NCBI GenBank assembly: GCA_963725665.1
Contig: CAVRZA010000006.1
Span: 480,001-544,000, forward strand
Reading direction: 5' to 3'
DNA: 64,000 nt
From: an uncultured Actinomycetes bacterium
GTDB lineage: Bacteria > Actinomycetota > Thermoleophilia > UBA2241
Part shown: positions 39,442-46,864 of the stretch, one piece after another
How the letters are laid out: each line of letters starts with the position of its first letter
How positions within the stretch are numbered: the first letter of the stretch is position 1
Made by a program: the position numbers and the translations under genes
The notes under the pieces: model-generated
What the model saw: the letters and a program-made list of their open reading frames with translations, nothing else
Databases searched by the model: none
Told to the model about the DNA's origin: nothing

Positions 39442-39541
39442 CTCTCCTTTCCACGCTGGGAGACACGGCGCTTTCGCGCTGTACCCTGCCGGCGCAAGCT
39501 CCATAGGCCCTCGGACCCTTAGGACTCAAGCGCTCGGAGAG
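39442..39541 (-). ncRNA. Moco RNA motif (riboswitch), P3-less tungsten-cofactor (Tuco)-type variant
   Basis: Minus strand CTCTCCGAGC...CCTAAG...TATGG...CAGGG-TACAGCGC-GAAA-GCGCCGTG-TCTCCCAGCGTGGAAAGGAGAG: P1, P2 with the CCUAAG/UAUGG receptor, a GNRA-capped P4 and P5; upstream of tupABC. Confidence 0.88.
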
Positions 39542-39581
39542 GGCTCAAACGTTAGCGCACGACGAGAGGACCAGTCAACCG

Positions 39582-39628
39582 GCAGGCGGGGCGGGGAAGG
39601 CCTTCACGGCCTTCCCCGCCCCGCCTGC
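39582..39628. terminator. Perfect 21-bp hairpin downstream of the ALDH pair
   Basis: GCAGGCGGGGCGGGGAAGGCC-TTCAC-GGCCTTCCCCGCCCCGCCTGC. Confidence 0.7.
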
Positions 39629-39682
39629 GGCTGGACGCGTACCCAGGCTGTCAGTCTGGCGGAGCGCCGGCCAGGAGCGTGC

Positions 39683-41188
39683 TCACGGCCCCATCCCGTC
39701 GCGACGGGGTGCGTCGAGCGGCGAGTGGCCCGTCTCCCATTCCATCTCGCGGATGGCGACCATCTTCAGCTCGGTCATCTCGTGGATGGCATACTTGACG
39801 CCCTCGCGTCCCATCCCCGACCCCTTGATGCCGCCGTACGGCATGTGGTCCACGCGGAAGGTGGGCACCTCGTTGATCATCACGCCGCCCACCTCGAGGT
39901 GCTTGGCGGCGTAGAGGGCCTTGTTGATGTCGTTGGTGAAGATCCCCGCCTGCAGACCCATCTCGCTGTCGTTGGAGATCTCGATGGCCTCGTAGAGGTC
40001 GCGCGCCTTCATGATGGAGATGACCGGGCCGAACACCTCGCGCGCGCAGACCTTCATCTCGGGCTCGACGTCCGTCAGCACTGTGGGCCGCAGACGACCG
40101 TCGGCATCGACGCCTCCGGTGGCGAGCGTCGCGCCCTGATCGAGCGCCTCCCGGACCCACGCCTGCACGCGCTCGGCCTCGGACGCGCTGATGAGCGCGG
40201 CGACGTCGGTCGTATCATCGAGCGGGTCGCCGACCTTGAGCGCCGCGACCGCCGGCACAAGCTCGTCCATGAACTCGTCGTAGACGCGCTCATGGACCAC
40301 GACCCGCTGCACCGAGATGCAGGTCTGGCCGGAGTTGGAGAAGCCGCCAGCCACGATGCGCTGCACGGCCAGGTCGAGGTTCGCGTCCTCGTCGACGATC
40401 GTCGCCGAGTTGTTGCCGAGCTCGAGGGTCACCATCTTCATGCCGGCGTCGCCGGCGATCTGGCGTCCCACAGGCGGGCTGCCGGTGAAGCTCACCATGT
40501 TGACGCGCTCGTCCTTCACCAGCTTCGTGCCCAGCGTGCTGCCCGGACCGACGACCACCTGCAGCACGTCGTCGGGCAACCCGGCCTCCTCGAGGAGCTC
40601 CGAGAGGAAGAGCGCCGTGAGCGGCGTCGTCGAGGCCGGCTTGAGCACGACGACGTTCGCGGCCGCCAGCGCCGGCGCGACCTTATGAGCCACCAGGTTG
40701 AGGGGGAAGTTGAACGGCGAGATGGCAAGGACGACGCCGCGCGGCTCACGGATCGTCCACCCGAAACGGTTCTCACCCGAGGCGTCGGCGTCCATCTGCA
40801 CGATCTCGCCGCCCGTGCGCTTGGCCTCCTCGCTCGCCCAGCGGAAGGTCGACGCGCCGCGCCTGGCCTCGACGCGCGCGTCCTTGAGCGGCTTGCCCCC
40901 TTCGAGAGCGATGATGTGCGCGATCTTCTCCGCGTTGTCCTCGATCAGGTGCGAGGTCTTCTCGAGGATCTGCGCGCGTCGCCAGGCCGGAGTCCAGCGC
41001 CAGGTGCCGAGAGCGGCGCGCGCCCGGTCGAGCACCAAGTCGGCCTCGTCGAGGGTGCAGGTGGCGATGCGCGCCACCTCGCTGCCGTCCCAGGGGCTGT
41101 TGACCACGAGCGGCTCGCCGCTCCCGAGGGGCGGCTTGAGCTTCACGTCGAGGAGCAGGAGCTCCTTGTTGGTCGTCACCACGTCCAC
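39683..41188 (-). CDS. NAD(P)-dependent aldehyde dehydrogenase (GAPN/lactaldehyde dehydrogenase-like)
   Basis: PFNFPLNL, FTGS, LELGNN, GQTCISVQR, EVFGP, MPYGGIKGSG.GREG. Confidence 0.92.
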   Translation of the reverse strand: MDVVTTNKELLLLDVKLKPPLGSGEPLVVNSPWDGSEVARIATCTLDEADLVLDRARAALGTWRWTPAWRRAQILEKTSHLIEDNAEKIAHIIALEGGKPLKDARVEARRGASTFRWASEEAKRTGGEIVQMDADASGENRFGWTIREPRGVVLAISPFNFPLNLVAHKVAPALAAANVVVLKPASTTPLTALFLSELLEEAGLPDDVLQVVVGPGSTLGTKLVKDERVNMVSFTGSPPVGRQIAGDAGMKMVTLELGNNSATIVDEDANLDLAVQRIVAGGFSNSGQTCISVQRVVVHERVYDEFMDELVPAVAALKVGDPLDDTTDVAALISASEAERVQAWVREALDQGATLATGGVDADGRLRPTVLTDVEPEMKVCAREVFGPVISIMKARDLYEAIEISNDSEMGLQAGIFTNDINKALYAAKHLEVGGVMINEVPTFRVDHMPYGGIKGSGMGREGVKYAIHEMTELKMVAIREMEWETGHSPLDAPRRDGMGP

Positions 41189-41280
41189 TGATCGTCCTCC
41201 TTCTGTCCCCCGGCCCCCGTCGTGCGTCGGCGAGGCGGAGCGGCGCCCGCGCCGCTCCGCCTCGCCCGTGCCGCGTCAGA

Positions 41281-42879
41281 CTACCTGCAGTTCTTGCAGA
41301 ACTTGACCCACTCGTCGACCTTGCCCTCGTCGTGGATATCGAGCTCAAAAGCACGGAACTCGGTCACGGGCTTGTGATCGCCCTCGACCTTCTCCTTGCC
41401 GCGCTGGTAGACGCCCAGCGGCTGGTCGGTCAAGTCGATGTTGATCTGCTTGAGCTCGCTGTACTCGTCGAGGCCGTAGGTGCCCAGCTCGCGGCCGATG
41501 CCGCTCTGCTTGTAGCCGCCCCACGGGGCCTCGCTGTAGGTTGGATGGTACGTGTTGACCCAGGTGATGCCGGCGCGCAGCTTCTTTATCACGCGCATGG
41601 CGCGCGTGACGTCCTTCGTCCACACCGCGCCGGCGAGACCGTAGATCGTGTCGTTGGCGATCCGCACGGCCTCTTCCTCGGTCTCGAACGGGATCACCAC
41701 CAGCACGGGCCCGAAGATCTCCTCCTGGGCGATCCTCATCTTGTTGTCGACGTCGACGAAGATCGTCGGCTCGAAGAAGTAGCCCTTCTCGCCGATGCGA
41801 TGACCGCCGGTGGCGAGCTTGGCGCCCTCGCCGAGGCCGATCTGCACGTACTTCTCGACCGTGCCCAACTGCTGCCTGGAGACCAGCGGACCCATCTCGC
41901 TGTCTGACTCGAGCGCCGGGCCCACCTTGATGGCCATCGCCCGCGACACCAGCTCGCCGACGAACCTGTCGTAGATGGAACGCTGCACGATGGCCCGCGA
42001 ACCCGCCGAGCACACCTCACCGGTGCCGGCGAAGATGCCGATCAGCACGCCGTCGATGGCCGCCTCGAAATCGGCGTCCTCGAAGACGACGTTGGGGCTC
42101 TTGCCGCCGAGCTCGAGGCCGACCTTCTTCACGGTCTCGGCGCCCTGCTTCATGATGTGCTTGCCGACCTCGACGCTGCCGGTGAAGGCCACCATGTCGA
42201 CCTGCGGCGATCTGGCGAGGTAGTCGCCGACCTCGCCGCCGGAGCCGGTCACGACCTGGAAGACGCCCTCGGGCAGACCGATGTCTTCGAAAGCTCTCGC
42301 CAGCTCGAGCGTCGTGATCGGCGACACCGTGGCCGGTTTGAGGATCATCACGTTGCCGGCGGCCAGCGAGGGCGCCAGCTTCCAGGCGGCCATGAGGATG
42401 GGGTAGTTCCAGGGAGTTATGCCTACCGTTACGCCTACCGGCTCACGCACCACCATGCTGAGGCTCTCGCCCGGCACCTCGAGCGTCTGGCCATGCTGCT
42501 CGACGGCGAGGCCGGCGTAGTAGTCGAAGGTGTGCGCGCAGTCGTTCATGTCGAGGAGCGAGTCCTCGTAGAGCTTGCCCATCTGGCGGCTCTCGAGGCG
42601 CGCCCATTCCTCGGCGTGTTCGCGGATCGCGTTGGCGACACGGCGCAGGTATCTGGCGCGGTCCTCTGCCGTCGTCTTGCCCCACGGCCCCTCATCGAAG
42701 GCCTTGCGCGCCGCCTGTATGGCGCGCTCGGCGTCGTCTACCGTGGCCTTCGGTACCCGCGCTACGACCTCTTCAGTCGACGGGTCGACTACCTCGCTTG
42801 TCTCGCCGCTCGAGGAGTCGACCCACTCGCCGGCGATGAACATCTGGTATGTCCGTACTTCTTCTTTGACAGTAGCCAC
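41281..42879 (-). CDS. Aldehyde dehydrogenase (betaine/aminoaldehyde dehydrogenase-like)
   Basis: PWNYP, FTGS, LELGGKSP, GEVCSAGSR, EEIFGP, WGGYKQSGIGRELG. Confidence 0.92.
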   Translation of the reverse strand: MATVKEEVRTYQMFIAGEWVDSSSGETSEVVDPSTEEVVARVPKATVDDAERAIQAARKAFDEGPWGKTTAEDRARYLRRVANAIREHAEEWARLESRQMGKLYEDSLLDMNDCAHTFDYYAGLAVEQHGQTLEVPGESLSMVVREPVGVTVGITPWNYPILMAAWKLAPSLAAGNVMILKPATVSPITTLELARAFEDIGLPEGVFQVVTGSGGEVGDYLARSPQVDMVAFTGSVEVGKHIMKQGAETVKKVGLELGGKSPNVVFEDADFEAAIDGVLIGIFAGTGEVCSAGSRAIVQRSIYDRFVGELVSRAMAIKVGPALESDSEMGPLVSRQQLGTVEKYVQIGLGEGAKLATGGHRIGEKGYFFEPTIFVDVDNKMRIAQEEIFGPVLVVIPFETEEEAVRIANDTIYGLAGAVWTKDVTRAMRVIKKLRAGITWVNTYHPTYSEAPWGGYKQSGIGRELGTYGLDEYSELKQINIDLTDQPLGVYQRGKEKVEGDHKPVTEFRAFELDIHDEGKVDEWVKFCKNCR

Positions 42880-43199
42880 TTTCTCAGCCCTCCTGCCCGG
42901 AGACGATTGCTCGGATGCTCGGGGCGGCGCCGGTCACATCGACGGACGTACCCTCGCGGAGCTCAGAAAGCACCCTCGGGAAACGGGTGCGGGGCGTCGC
43001 GACCAGCGCAGCTCGTCCATGCACACATACCCACGGCGCCCGGGGGCGTTAACATCGCGGTCGCAGGGCAAACTTGCGACCCGCCGCCGGACGGGACGAC
43101 TCGCTAGCGCAGGAAGGTCGCGCGTAGCGCCGGCGGCGGCGGAAGACGCAGCCGCCGGCAGCCACGAACGGCTACGGACGGGACGCTCGAGCTAGAGGA

Positions 43200-43385
43200 T
43201 CAGAAGCAGCCGAGCTGGCAGGCGATGATCTTGATGCCGAGCTCGTTGCAGCTCTTGCCGACTTCGGCCAGCGAGACCTCGAGGTCGTTGGCGATCTTGA
43301 ACGCCTCGGGGCACGGAAGTCGCTTCTCCTCACCGGAACGCGCCTTCAGGACCTCTATCAGTCTGGGGATATTGCCGGCGACCAT
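43200..43385 (-). CDS. Small Cys-containing conserved protein (CQLGCF C-terminus)
   Basis: LPCPEAFKIA...VGKSCNELGIKIIACQLGCF, a pattern I recognise from small proteins of anaerobes. Confidence 0.75.
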   Translation of the reverse strand: MVAGNIPRLIEVLKARSGEEKRLPCPEAFKIANDLEVSLAEVGKSCNELGIKIIACQLGCF

Positions 43386-43493
43386 GGCGCCCAAGTGTAG
43401 CAGCCGTCGGCCGCGCCTGCTACAAGTTGGCGCAACACCCGCGTCGCGCTTGGCCGTCTCGGCGTGACCGTCAGGCGGCGGTCTCGGCCAGGC

Positions 43494-43730
43494 TCATCCG
43501 CCGCCGATGTGTGGGAAGAGGGCGACCTCGTCGCCGGCCTTCAGCGGCGACGAGAGCGTGCCGTGCAGCCCGTTTACCAGGATCAGCCCGACCGCGGCCG
43601 GCGGCAGCTCGAGGCCGGCGACGAGGTCGCCCACCGACGCCGCCGACGCCGCCGCCTGGGCGACACTTCGCCCGACCCGTTCGTCGAGGCCCCCGAACAG
43701 CCGCACCGTGATCGCCGCGTTCTCGCCCAT
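43494..43730 (-). CDS. MoaD/ThiS family sulfur carrier
   Basis: Beta-grasp pattern VRLFG, ILVNG, LKAGDEVALFPHIGGG with C-terminal GG. Confidence 0.9.
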   Translation of the reverse strand: MGENAAITVRLFGGLDERVGRSVAQAAASAASVGDLVAGLELPPAAVGLILVNGLHGTLSSPLKAGDEVALFPHIGGG

Positions 43731-43879
43731 CGTCCCATTGTAGCCCGGGCCGGCGGTGCGCAGTCTCATTCTCTTCCCTGCGTGTGCCGATAGAGAGGGG
43801 GACGACCGAAGCGGGCGAAGCCGCCCTGCACCAGGGGGTCGCGGGCGGTCGCGGGGATGACGGAGTGTCCCTTGGACAG

Positions 43880-44812
43880 ATGAGCGAAGAAGAACACGTC
43901 GTGGCGCCGGCGAAGGCCGACCCGAAGAGCAACGGATCCGACAGCGACGCCCTCAGGCAGCTTGAGAAGATCCTCCTGGCCAAAGTCGACGACGCCGTCA
44001 ACGGCATCCAGCGCAAGCGGCTCGCCGATGGGCCCCGCGAGCACCTGGAGGTGCTGCGCGCGCTCCTCAAGGCTCAGGTGAGCGCCTACGTCGAGCACTT
44101 CGTCACCAAGGCGACCCTGTTCTCGCACACATCGACCATGTACGCCGGAGAGGTCGGCACGCCGGGCGTCATCTCGACCACGCTGCGCGGGCTCATCGAG
44201 GGCCATACCCTCACCACCTCCCAGGCCAAGCTGCTCGCCCGCTGCGTGGCCGAGCGACGGACGCTCATCGTCTTCGGCGATCGGGCAACGGGGAAGTCGA
44301 CCCTCCTAAACGCGCTGTTCGAGCTCATCTCGGTCGACGAGCGCTTCGTCTCGGTCGAGCGCGACGCCCACTTGCCGGCCTTGAAGCAGCGCTCGTTCTG
44401 CGTTCGCCTCACGATGGACGACGACACCGACATCGCCGCCCTGTTCGCCAAGACGGAGAAGATGCAGCCCAGCAGGCTGGTCGTGGGCGAGCTCCACGGC
44501 GACGAGATCCTGCACTTCTTCGACCTGCTCTATCGCAATGCGAAGGTCGGCGGCATGGCGACCCTGCGCGCGGATTCGGTGCGCGAGGCGGTCGAGCTCC
44601 TGCTGGCGCATCTCGAGCCGGAGCTCGAACGCGAGCCGGCGCGCCGCCTGCTCGCCCAGACCAAACCGGTCTTCGCCCACATGTGCAGCGACGAGCACGG
44701 GTGTCCGCGTCTCGCCGCGGTCTGGAGCGTCGCGGGGCTCGACAACGAGGGCGAGCTCCTGCTCCGCGAGGAGACGGCCGAGGCCTCCGCCCAGCTCGTC
44801 GCGGAAGCCTAA
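43880..44812 (+). CDS. Divergent TadA/CpaF/VirB11-like secretion ATPase homolog
   Basis: Walker A GDRATGKSTLLNAL, VSVE, MQPSRLVVGEL, GGMATL.ADS; no pilus genes nearby. Confidence 0.7.
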   Translation: MSEEEHVVAPAKADPKSNGSDSDALRQLEKILLAKVDDAVNGIQRKRLADGPREHLEVLRALLKAQVSAYVEHFVTKATLFSHTSTMYAGEVGTPGVISTTLRGLIEGHTLTTSQAKLLARCVAERRTLIVFGDRATGKSTLLNALFELISVDERFVSVERDAHLPALKQRSFCVRLTMDDDTDIAALFAKTEKMQPSRLVVGELHGDEILHFFDLLYRNAKVGGMATLRADSVREAVELLLAHLEPELEREPARRLLAQTKPVFAHMCSDEHGCPRLAAVWSVAGLDNEGELLLREETAEASAQLVAEA

Positions 44813-44971
44813 GCTCGCGCGTAGACCTCGGGCCGGGCGGAGGCCTCGGCCCGTTCGCAGGCCCCAGACCAACCGCAGGCCTCAGCCGTCTGTCGTCCAC
44901 GCGCGAGGCCGGCCAATGTCCACTCGCATCGACCGCCGCGGCCTAGTCCGCCAGGGCCCACGGTCCTATCC

Positions 44972-45000
44972 TTGAGTGCGTCGCACCGGACTGGTATAGT
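44972..45000 (+). promoter_or_regulatory. rpsF operon promoter
   Basis: TTGAGT-17 nt-TATAGT with an extended -10 TG. Confidence 0.7.
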
Positions 45001-45048
45001 GCCGGGGTTTGCCGCCGTCCGGCGGCTTTGCCGCCTTTACGGCGGCAT

Positions 45049-45099
45049 CACCCCTGCTCCAGCAGAGAGGCTGGGGCCGCCTGAGACCGCAGGAGGTGA
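45049..45099 (+). promoter_or_regulatory. S6:S18-binding rpsF leader RNA
   Basis: CACCCCTGCTCC...GGGGCCG...CCGCAGGAGGTG: the stem pairs with the SD and has an internal CCG, as in known S6:S18 leaders. Confidence 0.65.
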
Positions 45100-45104
45100 G
45101 TCTT

Positions 45105-45404
45105 CTGAACAAGTATGAGCTCATGCTCATCATCGACCCCGGCGCGGAGGACGATCGCAAGGCCGAGATCGTCGACCGAGTGCGCGCTACCATCGAGAAG
45201 GCCAAGGGCAAAGTGGCCGGCGCCGACGAGTGGGGCAAGCGCAAGCTGGCCTACGAGATCAAGGGCCAGACCGAAGGCATCTACAGCCTCGTCACCTTCA
45301 ACGCCACGCCCGCGGCCCTCAGCGAGGTCGAGCGCGTGCTGGGCATCACCGACGACGTCCTGCGCTTCATGACGGTGCGGCTCGACGCAAGAAGTCAGAG
45401 CTAG
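45105..45404 (+). CDS. rpsF: 30S ribosomal protein S6
   Basis: NKYELMLIIDP, WGKRKLAYEI, VLRFM; probable CTG start (alternative GTG at 45096). Confidence 0.95.
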   Translation: MNKYELMLIIDPGAEDDRKAEIVDRVRATIEKAKGKVAGADEWGKRKLAYEIKGQTEGIYSLVTFNATPAALSEVERVLGITDDVLRFMTVRLDARSQS

Positions 45405-45421
45405 TCCGAAGGGAGAGCAGC

Positions 45422-45868
45422 ATGGCCGGATCGATCAACCGCGTCATCCTCGTCGGCAACCTCACGCGAGATCCCGAGTTGAGGGCAGCCGGCAGCACGA
45501 GCGTGTGCACCATGCGCATCGCCGTCAACGACCGCGTCAAGGACCCCGCCACGGGCGAGTGGGGAGACCGGCCCAACTACTTCGACGTCGACGTCTTCGG
45601 AGCGCAGGGCGAGCGCTGCAGTCAGTGGCTGAGTAAAGGCCGGCAGGTCGCCGTCGAGGGCAAGTTGCGCTACCGCGAGTGGGAGTCGCAGGAGGGCCAG
45701 AAGCGCTCCGCCGTCTCGGTCGTGGCCGACAACGTGCAGTTCATCGGGCCGCGCGAGGGCGCGGCCGCCGCGGGCGGCCGCGCACAAGGCGGCCCGGGCG
45801 TCGGCTTCACCGACGACTTCCCGGTCGACCAGACCGACGCCGCCGACGAAGACGACATCCCGTTCTGA
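45422..45868 (+). CDS. ssb: Single-stranded DNA-binding protein
   Basis: NRVILVGNLTRDPEL, KGRQVAVEGKL, C-terminal DDIPF. Confidence 0.97.
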   Translation: MAGSINRVILVGNLTRDPELRAAGSTSVCTMRIAVNDRVKDPATGEWGDRPNYFDVDVFGAQGERCSQWLSKGRQVAVEGKLRYREWESQEGQKRSAVSVVADNVQFIGPREGAAAAGGRAQGGPGVGFTDDFPVDQTDAADEDDIPF

Positions 45869-45970
45869 GACAGAGCGCTGCGGGCCCGCACCGAGGCGTC
45901 CGCACAAGGTATGTGAGTCGATCGCGCGGCGGTCCGGACCTGTGACCGCCGCGCGATGAGAGGACAGCGA

Positions 45971-46231
45971 ATGGCACGCCAGAGGTTGCGCGGCCGCGAT
46001 GGGACGAAGCCGCCAAGTGCGGGGTCGCGGCGGCGCCACTGCTTCTTCTGCAAGGAGAAGATCGAAGACGTCGACTGGAAGGACCACGGCCTCCTGCGAC
46101 GTTTCATGAGCGACAAGGGCAAGATCCGTTCGGGGCGCGTCACCGGCGCCTGCCGCCGCCACCAGGTTCAGGTCGGCAGCGCCATCAAGCGCGCCCGCGA
46201 GATGGCGCTCCTGCCCCACGCCACCCGTTAG
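45971..46231 (+). CDS. rpsR: 30S ribosomal protein S18 (zinc-binding form)
   Basis: CFFC, DWKD, GKI...[20 protein letters not shown]. Confidence 0.96.
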   Translation: MARQRLRGRDGTKPPSAGSRRRHCFFCKEKIEDVDWKDHGLLRRFMSDKGKIRSGRVTGACRRHQVQVGSAIKRAREMALLPHATR

Positions 46232-46239
46232 GAGACGTC

Positions 46240-46686
46240 ATGGAAGTGATCCTGCTGCAAGACGTGGAGACCCTGGGAGAGAAGGGCACGCTGGCCAACG
46301 TGAGCAAGGGCTACGCGCGCAACTTCCTGCTGCCGAAGGGCTTGGCCGAGGTCGCGACGCCGGGCAAGATCGCCGAGTTCAGGCGCCGCGAGGACGAACG
46401 CCAGTACCACGAGCGGCGCCTCGTCGAGCAAGCGTCCGACATCGCCTCCACCCTCAACAGGACGGTGCTCACGATCCCCGCGCACGCGGGCGAGGGCGAG
46501 CGCCTCTACGGCTCGATCACCGCGGCCGACGTCGCCGACGCCATCTGGGAAGCGCGCAAGCTGCGCGTCGACAAGCGCAAGGTGCGCCTCGACGAGCCTA
46601 TCAAGAGCCTCGGCACCTACATGATCGACGTCGAGCTGGCGGAGGGCGTGGTCGTCGCCGTCAAGACGATGGTGGTGCCCGAGTAG
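46240..46686 (+). CDS. rplI: 50S ribosomal protein L9
   Basis: MEVILLQDV..LG, GYARNFLLPKGLA, LYGSIT, PIKSLG. Confidence 0.97.
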   Translation: MEVILLQDVETLGEKGTLANVSKGYARNFLLPKGLAEVATPGKIAEFRRREDERQYHERRLVEQASDIASTLNRTVLTIPAHAGEGERLYGSITAADVADAIWEARKLRVDKRKVRLDEPIKSLGTYMIDVELAEGVVVAVKTMVVPE

Positions 46687-46864
46687 GACAGTCACCTGGC
46701 CGCCGGCACGGTCGTCGGCGACCACTGTGATCACCGGCCACAGTGTACGCGGGGCGGCCGCCGGTCGCCGCCCAAGATGCGTCCGCCGAGTGTGCCATTC
46801 TGGCCTATAGAAACCCGGCCCTCGAGTCCGTAGACTCTGCCTTCTATCACTACGCGGAGGAGTC

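Noticed and set aside
43059-43082. c-di-GMP-I riboswitch-like GGGCAAAC
   Set aside because: It is only a short hairpin, lacks the GAAA-capped P2 and GCAAAG/P3 elements, and is on the wrong strand for the ALDH gene.
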